A stretch of DNA of 64,000 nucleotides. It comes from Candidatus Latescibacterota bacterium. GTDB taxonomy: Bacteria > Latescibacterota > UBA2968 > UBA8231. Shown piece by piece: positions 9,902 to 18,585 of the stretch (positions are counted from its first letter, which is position 1; the number at the start of each line of letters is the position of its first letter). Where the stretch lies: the NCBI GenBank assembly GCA_965248265.1, contig CBDFJF010000001.1, positions 1,152,001-1,216,000 of the forward strand, read 5' to 3'. The notes beneath the pieces are model-generated. The model did not search any database. It saw nothing but the letters and a program-made list of their open reading frames with translations, and was not told where the DNA came from. The position numbers were made by a program, and so were the translations under genes.

Positions 9902-11008
9902 TCAGATCGTAAGTGCTCGCAGCGCTTCATGGTCCAACTCGACGCCGATACCGGGTCCCGAGGACAGCACCAGGTGCCCCTCCTCGTAGCGTACCCGCTC
10001 GACTGCCACATCCTCTTCATATACCAGTGGGCCCGCCATGTACACGCCCAGATCCAGGTTCTTCACCGAGGCTGCGACCTGCAGTCGCGCTGCCGTGCCG
10101 ATGGACATCTCCACCGTGCTCCCCATCAGGGCGCGTAACCCCAGCCGTTCAGCCACGGCGAAGGTCTGGCGGCAGGCTTCGATACCGGAATACCCCAGAC
10201 CGGTGTTGAACACATCAACGGCCCCGCCCTCTCCCAGTCTCGTGGCGACGTCAGCATCGGTGATGTGCTCGGAGAACGCGGCACCGGTGGCCTCCTTCAC
10301 CCGCAGAAAATCCTCCACGGGTGCATTGTGCCTGCCGCGAACCGGCGACTCGAAGACGTCGGGCGCATATTGACCAAGGCGACGAATGGCCGCGATCGCT
10401 TCCTCGGGCGTAAAGCGACCGCTGGCGTCGAGCGCGACAAGACGCAGGGTCGTCCCCCAGCGTGCCCTTGCCGTTTCCAGGAAGTTGTCGTCCAGATCCA
10501 GGTCGACTCCGAAGTAATAGCGGAAACCATTGTGGCCTTCGTCTATGCGACGCGCCACACGTGCCAGGTTGGCTTCGACGTCCGCGGCCGTCTGCGCGGG
10601 CGCCAGCGGATAGGCGAATGGCACGCGTTCACGCTCAACGCCTCCCAGCAGCTCAGCTACCGACTGACCCTCGTGCCGAGCCACGGCATCGTGGATGGCG
10701 ATGTCGATGCCGCACAGAACCTGGTGCTCCCACTCCCCCGCTTCGACCAGCCGAGACATCAAGTCCTGTCGCTGCGACAGGTCGCTGCCAACGACAACCG
10801 GTTCCAGCCGTTGCCTCAGATCGTCAGACGACGACCGAGTCACCTCCCAATTGACGTCCGACATCTCCCCCAACCCGATGATGTCTGCGTCGGTGTGCAG
10901 CTGCACGACCACGTGCTCTGAAGCGGCACGCTCCGGATCGGACGGCGACCGTCTTCCCATCTCACGGTGCGTGCGTACTGGTGTCAGCTCGAGTTCAGTG
11001 ATGCGCAT
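9902..11008 (-). CDS. Mandelate racemase/muconate lactonizing enzyme family protein (enolase superfamily)
   Basis: MRITELEL, TDADIIGLGE, GIDIAIHD, DAS/ESP/EH metal ligands, GPGIGVELD. Confidence 0.88.
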   Translation of the reverse strand: MRITELELTPVRTHREMGRRSPSDPERAASEHVVVQLHTDADIIGLGEMSDVNWEVTRSSSDDLRQRLEPVVVGSDLSQRQDLMSRLVEAGEWEHQVLCGIDIAIHDAVARHEGQSVAELLGGVERERVPFAYPLAPAQTAADVEANLARVARRIDEGHNGFRYYFGVDLDLDDNFLETARARWGTTLRLVALDASGRFTPEEAIAAIRRLGQYAPDVFESPVRGRHNAPVEDFLRVKEATGAAFSEHITDADVATRLGEGGAVDVFNTGLGYSGIEACRQTFAVAERLGLRALMGSTVEMSIGTAARLQVAASVKNLDLGVYMAGPLVYEEDVAVERVRYEEGHLVLSSGPGIGVELDHEALRALTI

Positions 11009-11128
11009 GGTGGTGGGCCCTTTGTGTCTTCGTTGAGTTTCTCAGCTCAGAAAGGATAATATAGGAATAGCTACGATCGCGACTCAGGGAGCATGGTGAT
11101 CACTTGACCTCACCTGCTTCGGATTTAC

Positions 11129-11153
11129 TACAACGCAGCGTTGTACCTATAAT
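11129..11153 (+). promoter_or_regulatory. Palindromic operator TACAACGC-A-GCGTTGTA adjacent to a TATAAT -10 box
   Basis: Perfect 8-1-8 inverted repeat at 11129-11145 and TATAAT at 11148-11153, in a divergent intergenic region. Confidence 0.5.
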
Positions 11154-11218
11154 TTTAGTCATCCAGATCGGGCCACAGGTCCTCTGGGCCTGTCCGACGC
11201 AGATGAATTGGAGAGCAA

Positions 11219-11278
11219 ATGGAATTCACCCCGTTGACTGCTCAACAGCGCGACGACTTTGAGCGCGCTGAGTCATGA
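11219..11278 (+). pseudogene. 19-aa remnant resembling a phytanoyl-CoA dioxygenase N-terminus
   Basis: GGAG RBS then MEFTPLTAQQRDDFERAES*; similar to the PhyH-family start LTxxQxxxFxxxGY; ATGA-coupled to the next gene. Confidence 0.4.
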
Positions 11279-12171
11279 CCATGCGGTCTCGATGCTATCC
11301 ATCCGGATCATCTCCATCTGCCGCTGCGGGTTGGCAACGGGATCTCAGAACGGATCTGTTCCGCCTGCTTTGCCTGGAGGATCTTGTCACCACCTCGGTA
11401 CCGCTTCATCCCGAAGTGTCGGAGACGGAAGAGTTTGACGGGTACTACCGATTCGAGGCGACTCTCTCCTCCACGGCAACTCGCCGGATGGTGGCCACGC
11501 TCACTCTCCCCGATTCGTCTCGTACGCAGTCAGTCCCCGCCGTCGTCTGCATCCACGGCCATGGGGGTACCTCCGCTTCGGTGTACGATGAGGACTCCAT
11601 CTACAAGGGCTTTGCCAGCGCCCTGGCCGGCCGAGGGTTCGCCACGATCGCCGTGGATGTGGGCCAGCATGAGGTGTACGAGCCGGGACGTCTGCTCACG
11701 AGTGAGCGACTCTGGGATCTGATGCGGTGCGTCGATTATCTCGAGGCCATGCCGAAGGTAGACTCCCGCCGTATCGGTTGTGCGGGTCTGTCCCTGGGAG
11801 GGGAGATGGCGATGTGGCTCGGCGCCATGGATGAACGCATCGCCGCCGAGTTCTGCAGCGGCTTCCTCACCACGATGGACCAGATGGAATCGCATCACTG
11901 CATGTGCTGGAAGTTCGACGGCCTGCGCGAACTCGTGGACTTCGCCGATATCTACGCCCTCACCGCACCCCGCGCCTTGATGTGCCAGAACGGACTGCAG
12001 GAGCAGGAAACCCAGTTCCACGTGCCCCTCGCACGCCATGTCCTGTCGGAAATTGAGCCTGCGTACCGTGATCTCGCCGTACCGGATATGGTGAGCCTGG
12101 ATGTCCACGAAGGTGGCCACGAAATCGAGCTCTCTGCCCTGTTGGACTTTTTCGACCAGCATCTGCGTTAG
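11275..12171 (+). CDS. Alpha/beta hydrolase (dienelactone hydrolase/acetyl xylan esterase-like)
   Basis: PAVVCIHGHG, nucleophile GLSLGG, APRAL, C-terminal HEGGHE. Confidence 0.85.
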   Translation: MTMRSRCYPSGSSPSAAAGWQRDLRTDLFRLLCLEDLVTTSVPLHPEVSETEEFDGYYRFEATLSSTATRRMVATLTLPDSSRTQSVPAVVCIHGHGGTSASVYDEDSIYKGFASALAGRGFATIAVDVGQHEVYEPGRLLTSERLWDLMRCVDYLEAMPKVDSRRIGCAGLSLGGEMAMWLGAMDERIAAEFCSGFLTTMDQMESHHCMCWKFDGLRELVDFADIYALTAPRALMCQNGLQEQETQFHVPLARHVLSEIEPAYRDLAVPDMVSLDVHEGGHEIELSALLDFFDQHLR

Positions 12172-12223
12172 GACGGGTAGTGTTGCGCACGACGAGCGCC
12201 TGAATCACTCTCGTCTGCCTGAG

Positions 12224-13369
12224 CTAAACCTCGCGAATGTGCTCGCTCATCTGCTCGCGGTACCACTCCACACCGTAAACGTCCTTCTTGTAGTTCCAGC
12301 GCCAGACTTCCGGATACATCATGATGCTGCGATCGACTACCGGAAGCTTGAATGGCGTGTTGCCATTGCGAGCCGATTCGCGCAAGGCGATCGCGATCTC
12401 CAGGGCATGGCGCAGATCATCGCCCGATGTGGCCTCGTGGGGCTCGCCGCTGTCGATGGCTTCTGCCAGGGCGTCGATACTCGTCATCGAAGTATCGCTT
12501 GGCAACCGCCAGCCTTCTTCGTCGTGAGGGCGATCTCCCGTGAGCCGCGGCACGAAGAGTCCCTCAACCTCAGTGAGCTCGGGGGTCTTCGCGGGATCAT
12601 CCGTCTTGAACAGCCGCAGACCGAGGCCGGTGTTGTTGACGTTGGTGATGACGCCGTGGGTGCCGACGACTTCGATGCCGCGATGAGAGAGAGGACCGGC
12701 GAATGAGCTGAAGCATTCGATCCCGTTTTTGAAACGTATGTAGCCACCCAGCCAGCCGTACCACTTTTCGCCCCTACCGTAGTCCTCCTCATACTCGCCG
12801 TCCGGATCATTGGATACAAAGCCGACGACGAAGTCGACATCAGCCTTGTTGGCGAACTTGCGGACCATATTCAGACCGTGCGTACCCAATTGCTTGTTGG
12901 TCTCATAGAGATTGATCCGCAGCACCTCGCCGATCTCGCCCTCGGCCGCCATTCGATACGCCTTGCGATAGTCAGGGTGGCTGGAAACTACAAGGCCGGC
13001 GAGCAGCGGAATTCCCCGCGTCGCGCAACTCTCGACCATGCGGTCGGCATCTGCCAGGCTTGCCGCCAGCGGCTTCTCACAGAAAATGCCTTTGACTCCG
13101 GCGCGCGCACAGGCGACGACAGCGTCCGGGTTGGCTTTGACCGGCAGTATCGGCGCCCCGATATCGAGCTCCTCCTTGGCCAGCATTTCTTCGTATGTAG
13201 CGTACCCGGGAACATCAAAGCGCTCACAGAACAGCTTCAGGTTCTCGGGATCCGTGTCGGCGACGGCGGCGACCTCGGTCCTGGGATGCAGATGATACGC
13301 TCTGGCAGCATGCGTCCCCTGACGTCCGCCACCGATCACTCCGACTCGAAATACGCGTTGGGCTGTCAT
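12224..13369 (-). CDS. Gfo/Idh/MocA family oxidoreductase
   Basis: RVGVIGGG Rossmann fold, CEKPLA motif, GEIGEV. Confidence 0.9.
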   Translation of the reverse strand: MTAQRVFRVGVIGGGRQGTHAARAYHLHPRTEVAAVADTDPENLKLFCERFDVPGYATYEEMLAKEELDIGAPILPVKANPDAVVACARAGVKGIFCEKPLAASLADADRMVESCATRGIPLLAGLVVSSHPDYRKAYRMAAEGEIGEVLRINLYETNKQLGTHGLNMVRKFANKADVDFVVGFVSNDPDGEYEEDYGRGEKWYGWLGGYIRFKNGIECFSSFAGPLSHRGIEVVGTHGVITNVNNTGLGLRLFKTDDPAKTPELTEVEGLFVPRLTGDRPHDEEGWRLPSDTSMTSIDALAEAIDSGEPHEATSGDDLRHALEIAIALRESARNGNTPFKLPVVDRSIMMYPEVWRWNYKKDVYGVEWYREQMSEHIREV

Positions 13370-13391
13370 GATGGTGTCCCCATGATATTCG

Positions 13392-15059
13392 CTATTCGAT
13401 CATTCTGGAATTCGAAAATCGCTCTTCGATCGTCAGGTCCTGAAAGCTTTCCAGCCAGCGGGAGGAATCGACTCGCTCTTCACGCTCTTTCAGGGCCAGG
13501 CGCTTGAAGACTACGAAATCCTTCAATGAGAAGGTTAGTGTGGTGACCCGGTCCGGCACCAGGCGCACCTTGAATTCCCTTCTCGCACCTCCGTACTGCA
13601 GCTCCATGGTGCGTACCCCTGCCTTCAGATTGTGCACCAGCAGAGCGTTCATGCCGCCGCCGGGCACATCGACCTGGTCGCTATCGTCGAGGTGGAGTCG
13701 CAGGTCGTCCCGAATCGCCTTGTCGGTCGGCGTGTACACTAGAGCGAGGGAGGCATCCAGCAGACCGAGCAACTCGGCATCTATCGGCGTTTCGGGGCGG
13801 GCGTCCTCGGGATGCGTGCCCAGTGCCACATCGGGCCGATTGTCCTCCCAATTGGGCAACTCCCGCCGTACAACCGGGCCATCCGTGCGATGCAAGACAT
13901 ACGAAACGATGTTCACCGCACGCATCAAGGACGGCAGGGCGCTGGTGGTGGTGGTGGACGAATCGGGTTCAGCGGCGGGTTCATCGGATTGAAGGGTTGG
14001 ATCGCCACGCCAGTTGTCGTGACCCGCGCCCCCGATGATGGCGACGAGTTTTCCATCGAATACTGCCCCGTAGGGACCTCCGCTGTAGGTATACCCTTGC
14101 AGATTGGCGCCGCACAGGTCGAGTCCTTCAAACACGTCCAGAAAACGCTCCGGGAAACCGTCGAAATGGTGGTACGAATGGTTGATCGGATGGGAGGCCG
14201 GCAATGGAGAAATACGTCCTTCGTGACCAATGAGTCCGCACACCAGATCGGCCATTTCGCTGGTATAGCGTCTGTCCCCTTCTATGACGAGAAACCCACC
14301 CTCTCTCACGTAGCGCCCGAGCAGGTCCTTCTCCTTGTCGCTGAAGTTCGTCATCATGTGATCGCTCCACGGCGGCATGCCCCCACCCTGGAACATGAAA
14401 TGCATCGGATCTTCCAGGAGTCGCTCGGAAAGGAAGTCTCTATAAATGACGGGACGAACCCGGGCCAGAATCCCAGTATAGTCCCGCATGTAGCGAGCCA
14501 GGGCGTCGAGTGCGGCCCGACCCGAGCCGGTGCCGTAGAGGTTCAGTTGGGTGAAATTGATATAGCCACGGGTGTCGCGCGGTCCACCCGGGCCCGGGAT
14601 GATCGCGGCTCGGTATGCATCGGCGCGAGCCAAGTCTTCGATGCGCAACAAATCCAGCGCCGTGTCACGGCTCTCCAGATCGTGCCAGCCGTACTCAGTG
14701 GCAGAGGGCATCACTTCCGAAACCAGGGCCAGCGTGTCCGGCCTGGCACCAGGCATCGGCGGGGCCACGATAACCACCTCCGGAACACGGGTGGGTATCT
14801 CCATCGGATTGAACGGCTCGGGGTCAGGGGCGACCGCGGGGACCGCCCGGGCAAGCAACTGTTCCATTAGGGAAGCCGGCGCCGGCCTGGGGCGCAGCGC
14901 CCCCATCCGCCGAGGCTCGAAACGGGGCCGGTAGGAAAAGCGCGCGCGGAACGCCTCCGATTCGTCGACGTCTCGCCAAAAGGGCTCCGCCAGCAGGACC
15001 AGCAGAAGGTGCGCCAGAGCCGAGGCCAGAAGACTCAACCAGACTGCTCGATGGACCAT
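13392..15059 (-). CDS. Membrane-anchored DUF4159-like domain protein
   Basis: N-terminal anchor SALAHLLLV, Pro-rich linker, LARYMRDYTG...P.hF.QG...EKDLLGRYVREGGFLVIE...HPINHS pattern; start moved to ATG 15059. Confidence 0.6.
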   Translation of the reverse strand: MVHRAVWLSLLASALAHLLLVLLAEPFWRDVDESEAFRARFSYRPRFEPRRMGALRPRPAPASLMEQLLARAVPAVAPDPEPFNPMEIPTRVPEVVIVAPPMPGARPDTLALVSEVMPSATEYGWHDLESRDTALDLLRIEDLARADAYRAAIIPGPGGPRDTRGYINFTQLNLYGTGSGRAALDALARYMRDYTGILARVRPVIYRDFLSERLLEDPMHFMFQGGGMPPWSDHMMTNFSDKEKDLLGRYVREGGFLVIEGDRRYTSEMADLVCGLIGHEGRISPLPASHPINHSYHHFDGFPERFLDVFEGLDLCGANLQGYTYSGGPYGAVFDGKLVAIIGGAGHDNWRGDPTLQSDEPAAEPDSSTTTTSALPSLMRAVNIVSYVLHRTDGPVVRRELPNWEDNRPDVALGTHPEDARPETPIDAELLGLLDASLALVYTPTDKAIRDDLRLHLDDSDQVDVPGGGMNALLVHNLKAGVRTMELQYGGARREFKVRLVPDRVTTLTFSLKDFVVFKRLALKEREERVDSSRWLESFQDLTIEERFSNSRMIE

Positions 15060-15184
15060 GTGGTGGTTGTTTTCGTTGAGAGAATCCGCCCGTGTGCCGC
15101 GCTCAGCAACACACGACCCTGTTACAGTCAACAAGCCTGACGACTTTGTCCACCGACTTTGCCACTGAACCACACCCCGAACCC

Positions 15185-15214
15185 TTGCCATTGAAGCACA
15201 TCAGGCCGTAGCAT
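15185..15214 (+). promoter_or_regulatory. Putative sigma70 promoter of prs
   Basis: TTGCCA-N18-TAGCAT upstream of ATG 15241. Confidence 0.4.
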
Positions 15215-15240
15215 TGAAGTAACGGGAACCTCATGGAAAA

Positions 15241-16194
15241 ATGCAGATGAAAGATGCCGACAATCCGGTCGTTTTCGGTGGCAGCGGAAGTGAGAAGCTG
15301 ACCCGGGCCATCTGCACCTATCTCGACATCACGCCGGGTGCAGGCGAGGTCATCAAGTTTTCCGAAGGCAATCTGTTCGTTCGGGTCCTCGAGAACGTGC
15401 GTGGACGCCGCGTTTACGTGGTGCAGTCAACGGCCTTCCCGGCCAATGACAACTTCATGGAACTCCTGTTCTGGCTGGACGCGCTCAAACGCGCCAGCGC
15501 CGAATCGGTCACCGCCGTCATCCCCTACTTCAGCTATGCCAAGGGGGACAAGAAGGATGAGCCCCGGGTTTCCATCCGGGCCCGCGTCTGTGCCGATGCC
15601 ATCGAGGCCGCGGGAGCAGACCGCGTCATCACCCTGGACCTGCACGCCCCTCAGATTCAGGGATTTTTCCGGGTACCGGTCGATGACCTTTACGCCGCCA
15701 ATGTCCTGTGTGAGCGCATTCTTCAGAAGAACCTGGAAAATCCGATCGTGGTGGCACCGGACGCCGGCTTCGCCAAGAAGGCCAGGCTGTACGCCATGAG
15801 CCTCGGCTGCCATCTCGCCATTGCCGACAAGGAGCGCTCCGGACATGACGAGCAGGCTGAGGTGCTCGAGATCATCGGTGATGTCGAGGGACACACCGCC
15901 ATCGTCGTCGACGATTTCACCATCTCAGCAGGCACCCTTTGCGATGTGGCCGAGAAGCTGATTGAGCGGGGAGTAAAGGAGGTGTACGCTGTGGTTTCGC
16001 ACGGCGTCTTCGCCGAGGGAGCGATGGCTCGCATTACCGACAGCGATATCGTTTCTTTGGTGACCACCGACTCGGTGGAGACGCAGCCGGAGGAGCATTG
16101 CGACAAGATCGAGGTCGTCTCCGTGGCACCCCTGTTCGGTGAGGCCATACGACGAATTCACGAACGCGAGAGCATCAGCGTTCTGTTTCAATAG
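15241..16194 (+). CDS. prs: Ribose-phosphate pyrophosphokinase
   Basis: VIPYFSYA, DLHAPQIQGFF, VVAPDAG, VVDDFTISAGT. Confidence 0.95.
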   Translation: MQMKDADNPVVFGGSGSEKLTRAICTYLDITPGAGEVIKFSEGNLFVRVLENVRGRRVYVVQSTAFPANDNFMELLFWLDALKRASAESVTAVIPYFSYAKGDKKDEPRVSIRARVCADAIEAAGADRVITLDLHAPQIQGFFRVPVDDLYAANVLCERILQKNLENPIVVAPDAGFAKKARLYAMSLGCHLAIADKERSGHDEQAEVLEIIGDVEGHTAIVVDDFTISAGTLCDVAEKLIERGVKEVYAVVSHGVFAEGAMARITDSDIVSLVTTDSVETQPEEHCDKIEVVSVAPLFGEAIRRIHERESISVLFQ

Positions 16195-16210
16195 AGAGAG
16201 GGGATCAAAA

Positions 16211-16864
16211 ATGGTATCGCGTCTCTACACGACCGGTCTTTGTGCTCTTGCTTGCCTGCTCTCTGTTGCAACAACATCACTACCGCCCCTACACGCACAG
16301 ACACTGCACCTGAGTCAGCTGAACGATGGTAGTACTGCGAGGACTGGGCGCGCGGAAGCCTCCGTTGGCGATACCCTGTCCATCCAGATTCGAGCGAATC
16401 TGGGAAGCCTCTCAGCCACCGGATTGACGCTGTTCGTCAGGTTCTCATCCACCATGTTCGTCGCGGTGGATTCGGATGGGGATGCAGCCAACGGCCTCCA
16501 ACCCTTCGAACAAGGCTCTCTTTTCGCGGGCGCAGTCGAGTTCGACAACGCCACGGTCTCCGGTGACGAACTCCTGGACGCGGAAGATTGGCAGACCATC
16601 AGCTACGCAGCCGTACTTGGCGGAGGTGAGAGACAGGCCAGCAACGGATCTGGCGACGTGGCCACCTTTCGCCTGCTGTGCCTCCAAGCCGCCGCGGAGA
16701 GCGACGTCAGCATCTATCGCAGCCCCATCCATGAGACCAGACTGGTTCTTTCTGACGGGCGCTCCGAGAGAGACTTCAAGCCGGCGGCCCCACTAACGGT
16801 CAGTATAGCCCGCGAGGGTGTCACCGACGCACCGTGGAGCACCGTCAAAGACCAACCGCGTTAG
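16211..16864 (+). CDS. Secreted cohesin-like beta-sandwich protein with C-terminal WSTVK motif
   Basis: Signal peptide ending LHA; VGDTLSIQI, GLQPFEQG, GSGDVATFRL resemble cohesin-type domains. Confidence 0.55.
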   Translation: MVSRLYTTGLCALACLLSVATTSLPPLHAQTLHLSQLNDGSTARTGRAEASVGDTLSIQIRANLGSLSATGLTLFVRFSSTMFVAVDSDGDAANGLQPFEQGSLFAGAVEFDNATVSGDELLDAEDWQTISYAAVLGGGERQASNGSGDVATFRLLCLQAAAESDVSIYRSPIHETRLVLSDGRSERDFKPAAPLTVSIAREGVTDAPWSTVKDQPR

Positions 16865-16877
16865 TAACCACATTTCG

Positions 16878-17558
16878 ATGCCCACCGTCCTGTTCGACCT
16901 CTTCGACACCCTCGTTTCCATCAAGCAACCTGACCGACCTGCCCAGCAGGAATTTGCCGACAGATTGGGTCTCGAGCTGCGGGCGGTGCGTGAGTGGTGG
17001 AAGACCAACATGCGACGACGCATGGTCGGTTTCTACCCGACCTATCCAGCCATCATACAGGCCATGTGCACGGACCTGGGCTCCAGCGCTACCGAATCTA
17101 CTCAGCAGCAGATCTGCACGGAGCGCGACCGTGATCGTACCTCGACCCTGCATGCGGTGAGGCCCGAGGTATTGGAAATGCTTCGGCAACTGCGTAAGAG
17201 TGGATGGCGCATCGGCATCGTCAGCAACGCCACCCCCGACGAAGTGGCTCCCTGGCCGAGCGGTCTACTCAGTGAACTGGTAGACGATACCGTGTTTTCC
17301 TGCCATGTAGGGTGCATGAAACCGGAGCCTGAAATATTCGATCTGGCCTGTACCCGCTTCAGTGTCACTCCAAGTGCCGCCTGCTTCGTCGGCGATGGTG
17401 GGTTCGACGAACTGCAGGCCGCCGCCGCGCTTGGAATGCCAGTCATCAAGGCCAACTGGTTCCGGGCGAGGGAGAACATTGAGTGGACGAGCGAGATCGC
17501 CCTGATCGAAGTCGATGACATCAGGCTCGTCCCGCAGCAGCTTGAATCACTGAAATAG
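16878..17558 (+). CDS. HAD family hydrolase
   Basis: LFDLFDTL motif I, IVSNA, KPEPEIF, FVGDG. Confidence 0.9.
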   Translation: MPTVLFDLFDTLVSIKQPDRPAQQEFADRLGLELRAVREWWKTNMRRRMVGFYPTYPAIIQAMCTDLGSSATESTQQQICTERDRDRTSTLHAVRPEVLEMLRQLRKSGWRIGIVSNATPDEVAPWPSGLLSELVDDTVFSCHVGCMKPEPEIFDLACTRFSVTPSAACFVGDGGFDELQAAAALGMPVIKANWFRARENIEWTSEIALIEVDDIRLVPQQLESLK

Positions 17559-17620
17559 AAAGAATCGGCCGATAGCTGACACCACCCACGGTGCCACGGA
17601 CGGGTTGTTGCTCATTCAAG

Positions 17621-17660
17621 AATAAAAAAGGGGTCACAGCGATTAACCTGTGACCCCTTT
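17621..17660 (-). terminator. Intrinsic terminator (U-tract on minus strand; possibly bidirectional)
   Basis: 13-bp perfect stem AAAGGGGTCACAG / CTGTGACCCCTTT with 8-nt loop; TTTTTTATT follows on the minus strand. Confidence 0.8.
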
Positions 17661-17672
17661 CCTGTGCCTATT

Positions 17673-17701
17673 AAAATACGAAATGGACCTGAAATTGTCA
17701 A
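17673..17701 (-). promoter_or_regulatory. sigma70 promoter, minus strand
   Basis: TTGACA (17701-17696)-N17-TATTTT (17678-17673). Confidence 0.55.
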
Positions 17702-17752
17702 GTAAAATCTTCGTAAGTTCTTTTTTAATAATAAGTTAAGAAATTTTTTCTG

Positions 17753-17782
17753 TTGACAACATTGCGCCTCGCCGTCTAGGCT
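17753..17782 (+). promoter_or_regulatory. sigma70 promoter with AT-rich upstream element
   Basis: TTGACA (17753-17758)-N18-TAGGCT; AGGAGG RBS before ATG 17830. Confidence 0.65.
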
Positions 17783-17829
17783 AATCCTGTGTTCCGCTAC
17801 GTGCCCATTGTTAGCAAAAGGAGGCCGAG

Positions 17830-18585
17830 ATGGCACAGCAGCAGGATGGCCAAGAGGCAGTCCTTGCAGTTCGGGGAGATCGCGTGGAGGTCGGGGATTG
17901 GTCGGCAGACCTGAGTCAGGTCATCGCCACGGATGTTGAGCTGCGCGGCATGCTCAGGGAGGGACGCACCGTCGAGGCTCGTGCCCTGATGCATGCGCGG
18001 TGTGACGAAGAGCAGGCCGCCCTCGTGGCCATCGACAGCAATCCGGAGGAAGTGCTGTCGCTGACGGCCATGGATGAAGCGGGCCGGCCGGGGTATGAGC
18101 CGCGTGTGGTCGATCGGCTGCCCACGGCGGTTCTGACGGAGCTCATCGCGCCAGCAGACACCAGGCTCGTCCGCTTCAACGCCGAGGTCCTGGCCAGAAT
18201 GTCCCCGGGCACCTTCACCCGCACCGTCGATGACACCCTCGATCCGATCTACCACCACAGCCATCGCAGCCAGGTGTCGTGGGAATGGCTGTCGGCCGTG
18301 GCCGCCCTCGATGATGTCAACAAGATCGCACAGCTCCTGTGGGATGTCGGTCCATCGCTCCTCGAGGATGCCCTGCTCGAGCGCGTCGACGACTTCGGCA
18401 TGAACGATACGAGCCTGGGCATACCCGGGTTCCGAACCGTGTCGGAATCGGGCGGAGGACTGATGCTGCCCCCGATAAAAGACGGTATGGATTCAGACGT
18501 TCTCGCCACGCTTCATGCCGCAGCCCCAGAATTGCTCGCCGATGCGATCCGCACCGCCTGGGAGCGTTCAGGAGCATTGAGATGA
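17830..18585 (+). CDS. Hypothetical alpha-helical protein (resembles the N-terminal part of DUF6178)
   Basis: Strong RBS, GC-typical codons; segment WEWLSAVAAL...KIAQLLWDVGPSLL. Confidence 0.7.
   Translation: MAQQQDGQEAVLAVRGDRVEVGDWSADLSQVIATDVELRGMLREGRTVEARALMHARCDEEQAALVAIDSNPEEVLSLTAMDEAGRPGYEPRVVDRLPTAVLTELIAPADTRLVRFNAEVLARMSPGTFTRTVDDTLDPIYHHSHRSQVSWEWLSAVAALDDVNKIAQLLWDVGPSLLEDALLERVDDFGMNDTSLGIPGFRTVSESGGGLMLPPIKDGMDSDVLATLHAAAPELLADAIRTAWERSGALR

Noticed and set aside
17612-17836. 74-aa minus-strand ORF
   Set aside because: It runs through promoter elements and the terminator, has atypical AT-rich codons and lacks an RBS
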